Assembly (NCBI GenBank): GCA_031416315.1
Contig: JANOTL010000171.1
Span: 1 to 62,689 of the forward strand
Reading direction: 5' to 3'
DNA: 62,689 bases
Source of the DNA: Pseudomonadota bacterium
Lineage (GTDB): Bacteria; Bdellovibrionota_B; Oligoflexia; Oligoflexales; CAIYRB01
Positions 9,357 through 18,982 of this stretch are shown here, in pieces; within the stretch, counting starts at the first letter, position 1, and every line of letters starts with the position of its first letter. The notes beneath the pieces are model-generated. The model was not told where the DNA came from. It saw only the letters and a list, made by a program, of their open reading frames with translations, and made no database searches. Made by a program: the position numbers and the translations under genes.

Positions 9357-10070
9357 ATGGCGGCGAAAAACGCGAAGCATCAAAACCTTATGAAGTCTTT
9401 CGGGAAATCCGTGCGATTTTTCCGGCACAAGCTCGCACTCTCGCAGGAAAGCCTCGCCGATCGGGCCCAGCTCGACCGTAGCTACATGAGCCAAATCGAG
9501 CGCGGGATCAAGAACGCGACCCTGAACAGCATCTGGCGCATCTCGACGGCGCTCGAGGTCGAGCCGAGCGAGCTCCTGCGGTTGACCGAGGAGGTCGGCA
9601 AGCTCGGCGACAAGGCGATCGAGTCCGCGATGGTCGCGCATCAGAAGATGCTCGCCGCGGGCGGCGCCCCCGTCGGCGTCGCGCATCCGGGTCTCGACTC
9701 GCCCATCCTCCTCGTCGACGACGACAGCGACATCCTCCAAGCCATCGACGCGATCCTACGCGACGCTGGGTATGAGACGCGCCGCGCCTCCTGCGGCTTC
9801 GACGCGTTCTGGATCGTCTCCTCGGAGCCGGTCAAGGCCGTGGTCTCCGATATCCGCATGGCGAACGGCAACGGCATCGAGCTCGCCGACGCGATGAAGC
9901 GGCACTATCCGACGATTCCGCTCTTGTTCATGACCGGGTTCGACGACTTGTCGCCGGAGGAGGCGGCGCGGCGCGGGGCGCGCGGCATCCTCTCGAAGCC
10001 GTTCCAAATGGGGGAGCTCCTTTCCCTGATGAAATCCGCGGTCGAGCAACAGCCGGCGCTTCCCGCCTGA
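9357..10070 (+). CDS. XRE-family HTH fused to C-terminal response-regulator receiver domain
   Basis: LSQESLADRAQLDRSYMSQIERG (XRE HTH); ILLVDDD, SDIRM, MTG, KPF (receiver). Confidence 0.9.
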   Translation: MAAKNAKHQNLMKSFGKSVRFFRHKLALSQESLADRAQLDRSYMSQIERGIKNATLNSIWRISTALEVEPSELLRLTEEVGKLGDKAIESAMVAHQKMLAAGGAPVGVAHPGLDSPILLVDDDSDILQAIDAILRDAGYETRRASCGFDAFWIVSSEPVKAVVSDIRMANGNGIELADAMKRHYPTIPLLFMTGFDDLSPEEAARRGARGILSKPFQMGELLSLMKSAVEQQPALPA

Positions 10071-10101
10071 GCCTTCGCAAAATTTGGGTTAGACTCGGTC
10101 C

Positions 10102-10959
10102 ATGTCCGATCACGGCCTGGACCTTTTTCTTTCCGAGGCGTCGCCGAAGCTGGCGGCGCGGCGTTATGGCGCGCGCGGCGGCAAGCCCGTGCTCGCGCTG
10201 CACGGCTGGCTCGACAACGCGGCGAGCTTCGGCCTGCTCGCGAAGGCCTTGGGCGAGGGCTTAGACCTCGTGGCGCTGGATTTTCCGGGGCACGGGCACT
10301 CGGACCATCGCTCGGCCGACGCGCTCTATCCCTTCGTCGACTGGGCGGGAGATGTCGAGCGCGCGGCCGACGCGCTCGGCTGGAGCCGGTTTACGCTGCT
10401 CGGGCACTCGCTGGGCGCGGCGGTCGCCGGGCTTTTTGCCGGAATTTTTCCCGAGCGAGTGGAAAGGCTATGCGCGATCGAGGGCCTCGCGCCCTTGACC
10501 TCGGAGGCCGAGGACCTGCCGGCGAAGCTCAGGCTCCACTTCGCGGCGCGCAAAGCGCGGCCCGGCAAACGCGTGCCGCGTTACGCGACCGAGGCCGACG
10601 CGATCCGTGCGCGGATCGCGCTCGGCGAGTTCCCCGTCGGCGAGTGGATCGAGGCGGTGGTGCGGCGCGGGCTCAAGCCGGTCGAAGCCGGCTTCGAATG
10701 GCGCACGGACCCGAGGTTGCGGCTCCCCAGCGCGCAAAGGCTAACGCGGGCGCAGGCGCTCTCAGTCCTCGCGGAAATCCGCTGTCCTTCGATGTTCGTG
10801 CGAGCGCGGCAAGGCATCCCGATCCCGCCGGAAGGCTACGCGGCGATGACGGCCGCGGTGAAGGGGCTGGTGGTCGCGGAGCTGGACGGGGGGCATCACG
10901 TGCACATGGAGAAGCCGGTGGAGGTGGCGCGGTTGGTTGGGGGGTTTCTGCGGGGGTAG
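10102..10959 (+). CDS. alpha/beta hydrolase
   Basis: LHGWLDNAASF, DFPGHGHS, GHSLG nucleophile elbow, GGHHVH. Confidence 0.92.
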   Translation: MSDHGLDLFLSEASPKLAARRYGARGGKPVLALHGWLDNAASFGLLAKALGEGLDLVALDFPGHGHSDHRSADALYPFVDWAGDVERAADALGWSRFTLLGHSLGAAVAGLFAGIFPERVERLCAIEGLAPLTSEAEDLPAKLRLHFAARKARPGKRVPRYATEADAIRARIALGEFPVGEWIEAVVRRGLKPVEAGFEWRTDPRLRLPSAQRLTRAQALSVLAEIRCPSMFVRARQGIPIPPEGYAAMTAAVKGLVVAELDGGHHVHMEKPVEVARLVGGFLRG

Positions 10960-11014
10960 TGCTAGGCATCCCCTGCCCATTTCACCACCACCCCAGCCCC
11001 CTTATCCTTAATCC

Positions 11015-11914
11015 ATGAGCACTGCCGAGCGGCTCGAATCCGTCTATCGCGGCGAGAGCGTCACCCTGCGTGTTTTGCGCGCCTTGGGGTGGGGACCGGC
11101 TTTGCTCAATCTCGGCTGGTTCCGCTGGCGCGGGCCGCTCAACGTCTTGAATCTGATCCCGAGCCCGACCCGGCTCGCCGGCGCGCAGCTCGAGCTCGTG
11201 CGCCGCGCGGTGGCGATTTTGGCGCCGCAGCGTGGGGATCGCGTGCTCGACATCGCCTGTGGGCGTGGGCGGGCGGCGTACCAGATCGCGGCGACGTGTC
11301 CGGGGACCGAGGTGATCGGGCTCGATCTCGCGGCCGAAAGCGTCGCGGTGGCGCGCGCTTTGTACGGCGCGACGCGCGGCTTGAGCTATCAGGTCGGGGA
11401 TGCACAGGCTCTGCCTTCGGCGCCGGAATCGGTGGAGCGTGCTTTGTGCCTCGAGGCGGCCTTCCATTTTCCCGACCGCGCGCGGTTTCTCGCGGAGGCC
11501 TTTCGCGTCTTGAAGGCCGAAGGCAAGCTCGTCGTCGTCGATTTCGCCTGGGAGAATACGGCGGCGCGTGAGGCAGCGCAGCGCGACCCGGCTGCCACGA
11601 TCGTCAAGGATACTTGGGGATTCAGGGACTTCTGGACGCGGAGCGAATACCGCGCGGCGGCGGCGGCGGCGGGCTTTCGGGTCGCGAGCGAGCGCGACTG
11701 GTCCGGCGCGGTGACGCGGCCCTTGCAAGCGCAGTTCGACGTCCTCGCCTGGCTCGGCCGCAGGAAGTGGGGACGCGCGATGCTCGTGCGCTCGCACGCG
11801 CCCTTGGCGTCGATCTCGCGGCAGGAATGGCAAGACGTGGCGAAGGCAGCCGCCGCGCATCGGATCTTCCACGAGCACGCGCGCTACGTGTGCTGGGAGC
11901 TCGTGAAGCCGTGA
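11015..11914 (+). CDS. SAM-dependent methyltransferase (sterol/tocopherol/lipid MT-like)
   Basis: LNLGWF, VLDIACGRG, GDAQALP, LEAAFHFPDR. Confidence 0.88.
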   Translation: MSTAERLESVYRGESVTLRVLRALGWGPALLNLGWFRWRGPLNVLNLIPSPTRLAGAQLELVRRAVAILAPQRGDRVLDIACGRGRAAYQIAATCPGTEVIGLDLAAESVAVARALYGATRGLSYQVGDAQALPSAPESVERALCLEAAFHFPDRARFLAEAFRVLKAEGKLVVVDFAWENTAAREAAQRDPAATIVKDTWGFRDFWTRSEYRAAAAAAGFRVASERDWSGAVTRPLQAQFDVLAWLGRRKWGRAMLVRSHAPLASISRQEWQDVAKAAAAHRIFHEHARYVCWELVKP

Positions 11915-12933
11915 AGAGCGCCGCGCGGTTGAAACAGCAGGACATCCACGCCGCCGTCACCGGGCTCATGCAGGTGACGCCGGGGCGCGGGCTCGCGCGG
12001 ACGATTTTCAACGTGGTCGTCCTGAACTGCCTTCTCGTCGCGACCTTCAGGACGGAGCCCTTGGCCGGCTTCGTGGCGATGGCGGTACTCACGGGCACGT
12101 TCTACAGCACCGTGATGATGACGACGCACGACGCGATCCACCACACGCTCACCGGCTGGTTCTGGTTCGACGAGATCACGCCGCGGTTTCTCAGTTACTT
12201 CGTCTTTTGGCCGCACGGGACCTACTCTGAGCTGCACAAGATGCATCACCGGATGAACGGCAAAGACCTCGCGGATCCGGAGCGGCCGACGCCCTCGGTC
12301 GCGGCCTGGCGTGCCGCCTCGCCGGTCGGCCGCTTTTTGATCCGCTGGCACTTGCCCTTGGCGCTCTTCGTCTACGGCGGCTTCGGCATGATTCTCCGAC
12401 ACGTCGTGCGCGGCTTTCAGCTGTGGCGGGAGGAGCCGCGCGTGCGACGCATGATGATCTTGGACGGCGTCGGCATCGGCCTGGCCCTCGCGGTGACCCT
12501 CGGCGTCATCGTGACGGTCGGGGTCACCTGGCGCTACCTCCTCTACCTTCTGGTGGTCGAGCGCGTCATCGGCTTTTTCCAGCAGTTGCGCTCGCATCTG
12601 GAGCATTACGGGCTGCACGGCGGGGCAGGAAGCCTCGTCGAGATCCGCCTCTACAACTGCCGCAACGTCTCGACGAGCCTGGCGGCCAGCCAGTTCTTCA
12701 ACGGCCTCAATTTCCACTCGGTCCACCATGCGTTTCCGCGCATTCCGTTCTATCATCTCGGAGAAGCCCACCGGCGCATCGCTTCGCTCTGCGACGCGGC
12801 CGGGGCGCCTTTGCCCAAGGGCGACGGCTATCTCCGCACGATGATGGATCTGACACGCGCACCCGTTTTGGTGGACGAGACGGGCGCGGTCCTTTTGGAA
12901 GACGCCCGAAGAGAATGTCGCGCCGCATCGTAA
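11911..12933 (+). CDS. membrane-bound fatty acid desaturase family (di-iron) protein
   Basis: Three His boxes HDAIH, HKMHH, HSVHH, plus EH and TM helices. GTGA overlap with the methyltransferase. Confidence 0.9.
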   Translation: MKSAARLKQQDIHAAVTGLMQVTPGRGLARTIFNVVVLNCLLVATFRTEPLAGFVAMAVLTGTFYSTVMMTTHDAIHHTLTGWFWFDEITPRFLSYFVFWPHGTYSELHKMHHRMNGKDLADPERPTPSVAAWRAASPVGRFLIRWHLPLALFVYGGFGMILRHVVRGFQLWREEPRVRRMMILDGVGIGLALAVTLGVIVTVGVTWRYLLYLLVVERVIGFFQQLRSHLEHYGLHGGAGSLVEIRLYNCRNVSTSLAASQFFNGLNFHSVHHAFPRIPFYHLGEAHRRIASLCDAAGAPLPKGDGYLRTMMDLTRAPVLVDETGAVLLEDARRECRAAS

Positions 12934-14000
12934 AGTTCGAGGTGATCCCGCGCGCGTTGCCGGTGCGCGTGCCGTTCGCGATCTCGCGCGAGACCTTGGA
13001 CGTCGCGCGGGTCGTTCTGGTCTTATTGTGGGACGAGGCGGGAAGCTTCGGGCTCGGCGAGTGCGCGCCTTTTCCGTCGCTGACGCATGACGACGCCGCG
13101 ACGGCGGCGGCTGAAGCGCACGCGCTCGCCGCCGCGCTCGTCGGGCTCGATGTGACGGCGGCCTTGGCGCGGCTCGACGCGGCGGGGCGGGAGATCGCGA
13201 AGCGCTCGGTGACGGCGCGCGTCGGCTGCGAGACGGCCTTGCTCGACCTCGGGGCGCGGCAGTCGGGGCAGAGCTTCGCGCGCCTGTTCGGCGCCGCCGA
13301 ACTGCGCTCGGTCGAGACCGATCTGACCCTTCCGCTGATGGCGCCCGCCGCGGTCTCCGCCTTCATGGGGGGCTTCGCGCGCTTCGGTTTCCGCACGATC
13401 AAGATCAAAGTGAAGGGCGAGGTCGAAAACGACCGCGAGCTCGTCCGCGCCTTGGTCCGGACCGTGCCCCGAGGCACGACGATCACGCTCGACGGCAATC
13501 AAGGCTATCGCTACGGCGGCGCGAAGCGGCTGCTCGAGCTTCTGGCGGCGGACGGGACTATTCCGGCCTTCTTCGAGCAGCCTTTGCCCGAGGACGACTG
13601 GGACGGGCACGCGCGGCTCTCGCAGGCGACGCCGGTGCCGATCTGCCTCGACGAGACCGTGCGCACCGTCTTCGACTGCGAGCGCGCCGTGCGGGAGAAA
13701 ACGGCGCGCATCGTCAATCTCAAGATCATGAAGTCGGGGGTCCGTGCCGCCGCCGAGATCATGCGCGTGGCGCATGCGGGCGGGATCGAGCTCATGATCG
13801 GCGGCATGCTGGAGACGGAGATCGCGATGACGGCGTCTCTGCATTTGGCCTGCGGCACCGGGCTCGTGCGCTACTTCGATCTCGACACGCCGTTTTTCCT
13901 GGAAGGGAGCGTGACGGAGGAAAATCCCTGGGCGACGGACTCGGCGATCCTCATGCGGCCCGCGGGCGCCGGCTTGGGGCTCACGCTGCGGCGCGGTTGA
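12915..14000 (+). CDS. L-Ala-D/L-Glu dipeptide epimerase (enolase superfamily)
   Basis: PFAISR, GLGECAP, KIK, DGNQG, EQP, DE, NLKIMKSG, GGMLET, DLD. Confidence 0.9.
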   Translation: MSRRIVKFEVIPRALPVRVPFAISRETLDVARVVLVLLWDEAGSFGLGECAPFPSLTHDDAATAAAEAHALAAALVGLDVTAALARLDAAGREIAKRSVTARVGCETALLDLGARQSGQSFARLFGAAELRSVETDLTLPLMAPAAVSAFMGGFARFGFRTIKIKVKGEVENDRELVRALVRTVPRGTTITLDGNQGYRYGGAKRLLELLAADGTIPAFFEQPLPEDDWDGHARLSQATPVPICLDETVRTVFDCERAVREKTARIVNLKIMKSGVRAAAEIMRVAHAGGIELMIGGMLETEIAMTASLHLACGTGLVRYFDLDTPFFLEGSVTEENPWATDSAILMRPAGAGLGLTLRRG

Positions 14001-14048
14001 GCGCGGAGAGCCGCCCGGCGGCCGGAGCCTTCATGGTATCCTTGCGGG

Positions 14049-15047
14049 ATGCAAAGGTTTCGCCTTCTCGCCCTTCCGGCGCTGGCCGGTTTCCTCGTCG
14101 CCGCGACGCCGCTCGCGAAGATGGCGGCGCCGTGGCCGGATGCGCTCGACTCGCCTGCGGCCTTCGACGAGGCCTCGCGCGCCGAGATCGCGATGGGCGC
14201 GCCTTCGACCGCGGCCGAGCTCGCCTTCGCCGCCGCTCTGGCGAGCTGCGCGCGGGAAAAGCGGCGGTTCTGCGCCGGGCTCGCGGCGGCGCGGGCGGAA
14301 ATCCAGGCTTTGCCGCCGCGCTACGCCGCGTGGCGCGCGGCGAGCGCGGCGTTCCATGCGGCTTACGGGCAGGAAGAAGCTCGGCTCGTAGCGCTCGCGG
14401 CGAAGACCACGAGCGAAATCGTCCGGCTCGACCCGTCGGAGCTGCTTGGTCCTGAGCTGGCCGATAAACAGATTTTGCTGAGTTTTGACGACGGCCCGGC
14501 GACCGGGACGGCGACGGAGGAGCTTACGGCCTTTCTTCGGCGCGAGAAGCTCAACGGGTTTTTCTTCCTGGTCGGGGCCAACCTCTCGCCGCGGGTCGAG
14601 CAGAGCGGCGCGAAGGCGGTGAGCAGCTGGTACGAAGGCATGTGCCTCGGCTGGCACGGGGCGCGGCACGTGCCGCACACCAGCCTCGAATCGGCGGGGG
14701 CATCGATCGACGCGGGGAAGGCGGCGCTCTCCTTGCTGGGCGTGATCGAGCCGCGCTTTTTTCGCCCGCCTTTCGGGCAGAGGAGCGGAGAGGTCCTGGC
14801 GCACCTTCGCTTCGGCGGCTGGACCAACGTGCTGTGGAACCTCGATTCGCAGGATTGGTCGCCGCAGCTCGAGGCGCAGGACGTCGCGCGCCGCGTCGAG
14901 ACCCTGATCCTGACGAAACGGCGCGGGATCGCGCTTTTTCACGACGTGCACCCGAAGGCCCGCGTGGCGCTTCCGGCTTTGATCGCCCGGTTCGCGGGGA
15001 GCGGCGTCTCCTGGATGGACTGCCGCGAGCTGGGGAAAAGAACGTGA
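14049..15047 (+). CDS. exported polysaccharide deacetylase (CE4/NodB)
   Basis: Signal peptide; SFDDGP, H-x3-H (WHGARH), RPPFG, DSQDW, LFHD. Confidence 0.88.
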   Translation: MQRFRLLALPALAGFLVAATPLAKMAAPWPDALDSPAAFDEASRAEIAMGAPSTAAELAFAAALASCAREKRRFCAGLAAARAEIQALPPRYAAWRAASAAFHAAYGQEEARLVALAAKTTSEIVRLDPSELLGPELADKQILLSFDDGPATGTATEELTAFLRREKLNGFFFLVGANLSPRVEQSGAKAVSSWYEGMCLGWHGARHVPHTSLESAGASIDAGKAALSLLGVIEPRFFRPPFGQRSGEVLAHLRFGGWTNVLWNLDSQDWSPQLEAQDVARRVETLILTKRRGIALFHDVHPKARVALPALIARFAGSGVSWMDCRELGKRT

Positions 15048-16324
15048 GCGAGCTCGTGTACGCGATTGATTACGGCACGTCCAACTCGCTGCTCGCGGCG
15101 GTGAAGGACGGCGTCGTCCTGCCGCCGATTCCCGTCGATCCCTTGGCCGAGGATCCGACGGTGTTGAAGAGCGTCCTGTACTCGCCGACGCTCGGCAACT
15201 GGTACTACGGCGCGCGGGCGATCGACGCTTACGGCGAGGCGTTGGCAGAGGGGCGGATCTTCCGCTCGGTGAAGAAGTACCTGCCGGAGACGGGGTTCAA
15301 CGGCACGGCCGTGCACGGGCGCTTCTTCAACCTGTCCGAGCTGGTCGCCGTCTTCCTGCGGGAACTCAAGGCGCGCGCCGACGCGCACTTCGGCGAGGAA
15401 TCGACCAGCGTCGTCCTCGGGCGGCCGGCCGCCTTCTCGCTCGACGGCGAGGCCGACAAGCTGGCGGAGCGGCGTCTCGAGGCTGCAGCGCGCCTCGCGG
15501 GCTTCAAGAGCGTGGCGTTCTGCCCCGAGCCGGTCGCGGCCGCGTACGAGTTTCGTCATCGGCTCACCGAGCCGAAGACCGTCCTCGTCGCCGACTTCGG
15601 CGGCGGCACCTCGGACTTCACCGTCCTGCGCCTGTCGCAGTCGGGCTTCGCGGAGAAGGACGTCTACGCCATTGGCGGCGTGCCGATCGCCGGCGACCGC
15701 TTCGACGGCTCCATCATGCGCAACATGATCGCGCCGCATTTCGGCTCGGAGATCATCTACAAAATGCCGATGGGCTCGGTGGAGCTCAGGATCCCGCAGC
15801 ATCTGATCAACCGCCTGTGCAATCCGGCCGACGTCTCCTTTCTGGCGCGAAACGACGTCTTGGGTCTTTTGAAGGACGCCCAAAAGTGGTCGATCGACGC
15901 GGAGTCGGCGAAGCGTATGGACCGCCTCTTCGTCTTGGTCGAAGAGCATCTCGGCTACAAGGTGTTCCGCGCGATCGAGCGGACGAAGATCCGCCTTTCC
16001 GACGAAAGCTCCGACACCTTCCGGTTCCAACACCCGGGAATCGACCTGGAGGAGGAGATCTTCGCGGCCGACTTCAAGAGCGCTTCGCACGACCTCGTCG
16101 AGCGCATTGCCTTCAGCATGGACGAGACGATCAAGAAGGCCGGGGTCACCAACGCGCAGATCGACCTGGTGTGCTGTACGGGCGGCACCGCGAAACTGCC
16201 GGCTCTGCACCATGAGCTCGTCCGGCGCTTCGGCAAGGAAAAGCTGATCCAACACCGTCACTTCCATGCCGTAGCACTTGGCCTTGCCGAACGGGCGAAG
16301 GCAATTTCGACCGGTCAGGCATAA
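15044..16324 (+). CDS. Hsp70-family protein, YegD-like
   Basis: IDYGTSNS, VVLGRP, EPVAAA, DFGGGTSDF, TGGT. About 426 aa with no canonical DnaK substrate-binding domain. GTGA overlap. Confidence 0.88.
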   Translation: MSELVYAIDYGTSNSLLAAVKDGVVLPPIPVDPLAEDPTVLKSVLYSPTLGNWYYGARAIDAYGEALAEGRIFRSVKKYLPETGFNGTAVHGRFFNLSELVAVFLRELKARADAHFGEESTSVVLGRPAAFSLDGEADKLAERRLEAAARLAGFKSVAFCPEPVAAAYEFRHRLTEPKTVLVADFGGGTSDFTVLRLSQSGFAEKDVYAIGGVPIAGDRFDGSIMRNMIAPHFGSEIIYKMPMGSVELRIPQHLINRLCNPADVSFLARNDVLGLLKDAQKWSIDAESAKRMDRLFVLVEEHLGYKVFRAIERTKIRLSDESSDTFRFQHPGIDLEEEIFAADFKSASHDLVERIAFSMDETIKKAGVTNAQIDLVCCTGGTAKLPALHHELVRRFGKEKLIQHRHFHAVALGLAERAKAISTGQA

Positions 16325-16471
16325 ATTTCCCGTATATCCAGATGGTTATATCAGTCACTGCCAAGATTGCCGTTGGCAAGCGAGGAAGGACCGCCTCAGC
16401 CGCCCGCACGTGCCCCACGCATGTTAAAATCTAGGCACGCACTCCCCGACACTCCCGCGAGGTTTCAGACG

Positions 16472-17473
16472 ATGACGAGACCCTCGTCTCCAGTCATGGC
16501 GCTGGCTTGGTTGCCGCTCGTTGGCGCCGTCGCGTTTGCGTCCGCGGCCGAGGCCGGCTTTACCGTGCAGCAAAAGATCCTGCACGCCGGCGACAAAGCG
16601 ACGGCGGGCACGGCCGAGCTCAACTGGCGCGTGACCGACAAGGAATTCCGCGTCGACGTGAAGAAGGCGGGGGAGACGCGCCACTTCGTCTTCAACGGCC
16701 GCGTCTTCTATGTTTGCGGCAAGCTCGGCAAGGAGCAGTTGGACTACGTCCGCAAGCTCGACGTGAAGGACAAGGACTTGCTCGCGAGCCTGGAGAAAGG
16801 CGCCTGCCAAGAGCTCTCCGCCGACTTCGCGACGAAGTTCTTCCTGGCGCCGCACGACGCCGTCGGCGCCGTCGCGGGCTCGGCCAGCATCGCCTCGAAC
16901 CTGTCGATCGACGATGCCGAGATCGAGCTTTCCGGCTCGGTCGGTAGCGTCGCCGGCGTGAAGTGTGTGAACTACGACCGGTCCTTTTCCCTCGTCGATC
17001 GCAAGAAGAAGGACGCGACGCTCGACTATGAGGAGAAGAGCTGCAACGCGCCCACCGTGAAGTGGCGCACGGCCTTTGGGCGCCAGCTCGGCATGACGAT
17101 GATCCGCCAGCCGAACGGCAAGGACAGCTTCAAGACCCTCCAGGCCGATCTGAAGAAGATGCCCGGCCTCGCGCTGACGGCGACGACGACGGTCTCCGGC
17201 AAGGACGTGAGCGGCAAGCCGATCTCGCGCACCGTCACGCTCGCGACGAGCTCGGTGAAAGAAGGCGAGATCGCGGCGAAGGAGCTCGGCTTCCCGTCGG
17301 GTTTCGAGCCTTTGGATCAAGAGAACTTGGCGGCTTTGGTCACGACGAAGAAGAAGCCGGTCGCGGGCAAAGGCGGGCCGACGAGCGGCGAGCTCGACGT
17401 CGGCGACGTCTTGCGCGTGCTCTTGATCGGTGGGAATCCGGCGGCCGCGGTGCTCGGTGGTGGCGGCGAGTAG
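16472..17473 (+). CDS. exported hypothetical protein
   Basis: Signal peptide ending AEA, typical codon usage, four Cys. Confidence 0.7.
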   Translation: MTRPSSPVMALAWLPLVGAVAFASAAEAGFTVQQKILHAGDKATAGTAELNWRVTDKEFRVDVKKAGETRHFVFNGRVFYVCGKLGKEQLDYVRKLDVKDKDLLASLEKGACQELSADFATKFFLAPHDAVGAVAGSASIASNLSIDDAEIELSGSVGSVAGVKCVNYDRSFSLVDRKKKDATLDYEEKSCNAPTVKWRTAFGRQLGMTMIRQPNGKDSFKTLQADLKKMPGLALTATTTVSGKDVSGKPISRTVTLATSSVKEGEIAAKELGFPSGFEPLDQENLAALVTTKKKPVAGKGGPTSGELDVGDVLRVLLIGGNPAAAVLGGGGE

Positions 17474-17500
17474 CGCGCCGGCGGGCCGAGGCCAAGCTTC

Positions 17501-18016
17501 CTAAAGCGTCTTCCGCACCATCTCCGTCAACCGATCCGAAAGCCGATTCAACTCATCGGCGACCTCGACGAACGCGTCGCCTTCGCGCAGCTTGGTCTTG
17601 GCGCTGAAATTGTAGTCGGCGAGGCTTCGGATGTGGCGCCGAAAGGCGATGGTCGGGCCGACCATCTTGTGCGTCATGTAGATCGAGAGCCCGAGGTTGA
17701 TCACGACGAAGACGGCGGAGCCGATGGCGCCGGTCATGCCGACCGAGGCGAGGTAGTCTGCCATCAGAGCTTTGACGTCAGAGTCGGCCGAGGTCAGGGT
17801 CGCGACGACGTCGCTGAATGCGACGAGCTTATGGTACGCGTACCAGCCGATGCCGACGACGAAGATCAGGCTCGCGCCGGTCGTCAGGATGCCGATCCGC
17901 ATTTGCAGCAACGGCTGCAAAAGAAAGTTCATCATCCGGCGCTGCGACTTGCCGGTGGGCTTACGTTGCTGCGGCTGTCCTTGCTGACCTTGCGGTGCCT
18001 GTTGACCCGGTTGCAT
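17501..18016 (-). CDS. two-TM membrane protein with HAMP-like C-terminus
   Basis: Two TM helices, then THKMVGPTIAF...KLREGDAFVEVADELNRL. Confidence 0.7.
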   Translation of the reverse strand: MQPGQQAPQGQQGQPQQRKPTGKSQRRMMNFLLQPLLQMRIGILTTGASLIFVVGIGWYAYHKLVAFSDVVATLTSADSDVKALMADYLASVGMTGAIGSAVFVVINLGLSIYMTHKMVGPTIAFRRHIRSLADYNFSAKTKLREGDAFVEVADELNRLSDRLTEMVRKTL

Positions 18017-18891
18017 CAGAAGATCACTCCGGCAAAGACGTCGAGCGAGCCGACGTCGGCCCTGGCCGTCTCACCGAGGACGGTTCGCGTCACGCTATAG
18101 AACTGCAGCTGCACGCCGGCGAGGAGTCCCACGGTTCCGAAGAGCGTGTCGTTCTTGTATGGAATGACGACCCCGTAAGGTAGGACGCCGAAAGTCGCGT
18201 CGAAGTCGCCGCCGTCGTTGACGAGCATGTGGCCGAACCCGAGGTAGGGACAAAGCTGCACCGGAAGGTCGGCGAGCGCGCAAAAGAGGGCATCGACCGC
18301 GATCAGGGTGACCTCGGCCTTCTCGCCCTCGGCGACCAGGAGGAAGCTCCCGTCCTGCTTTGCGCCGGTGAATTCGAGGTCGACGAGCGTGCGAACCTCG
18401 AAGCCGAGCAAGTAGCGGTCGGCCAGTCCCGCCTTCGGCTTCAGGCGCGAGTCGTCGTCAGGGAAGCCCATCATCATGAGCCCGAAAGCGCTTTGCTGCT
18501 TGTCGTTGGAGAAGTCGCCGGAGAAGGCGGCGATGCCGCCCTTCAAGGCGAGGCCCAGAGTGCCCCGATGCCCCGCGTCCTCCTCTTCCTTCTTCACTTC
18601 GACTTTCTTGGCCGCCGGCTTCTTCTTCGGCGGCGCCTTCTTCTTCACCGCCGGCGCGGTTGCCGGGGTCGCGTCGGCGCCTTCGGTCGCTGCGGGAGCC
18701 GCCGTCGCCGGAGCCGGTGCAGCCGGAGCCGGTGCAGCCGAAGCCGGTGCAGCCCGGGTCACCGGCGCCACGGGCTTTTTCTCATCCTGTCCTTGCGCCG
18801 CCGAAACTGTGGCCAAGCACGACGCCAGCATCAGCTGCGCCGCGAGGCCTACGCGCCTTACACAGTCCACCACCGCGATCTCCTCCGCCAT
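18016..18891 (-). CDS. putative outer-membrane beta-barrel protein with Pro/Ala/Lys linker
   Basis: Signal peptide, low-complexity linker, amphipathic strands, C-terminal Phe (VFAGVIF). Confidence 0.6.
   Translation of the reverse strand: MAEEIAVVDCVRRVGLAAQLMLASCLATVSAAQGQDEKKPVAPVTRAAPASAAPAPAAPAPATAAPAATEGADATPATAPAVKKKAPPKKKPAAKKVEVKKEEEDAGHRGTLGLALKGGIAAFSGDFSNDKQQSAFGLMMMGFPDDDSRLKPKAGLADRYLLGFEVRTLVDLEFTGAKQDGSFLLVAEGEKAEVTLIAVDALFCALADLPVQLCPYLGFGHMLVNDGGDFDATFGVLPYGVVIPYKNDTLFGTVGLLAGVQLQFYSVTRTVLGETARADVGSLDVFAGVIF
18696..18755. repeat. 15-bp tandem repeat x4 (GAGCCGGTGCAGCCG) encoding an Ala/Pro linker
   Basis: Copies at 18696 (degenerate), 18711, 18726 and 18741. Confidence 0.8.
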
Positions 18892-18982
18892 AGTCCGAGT
18901 GTCCCCATTTTAGCGCAATTCCTTGACGGACTCGCGGATTTGGACGTTATGATGAATCTTTCCACAGCCTGGAGCCCCGCCC

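Noticed and set aside
9357..9600. XRE HTH as a marker of a prophage or restriction-modification system
   Set aside because: No phage, integrase, DNA methylase or nuclease genes nearby, and the HTH is fused to a receiver domain.
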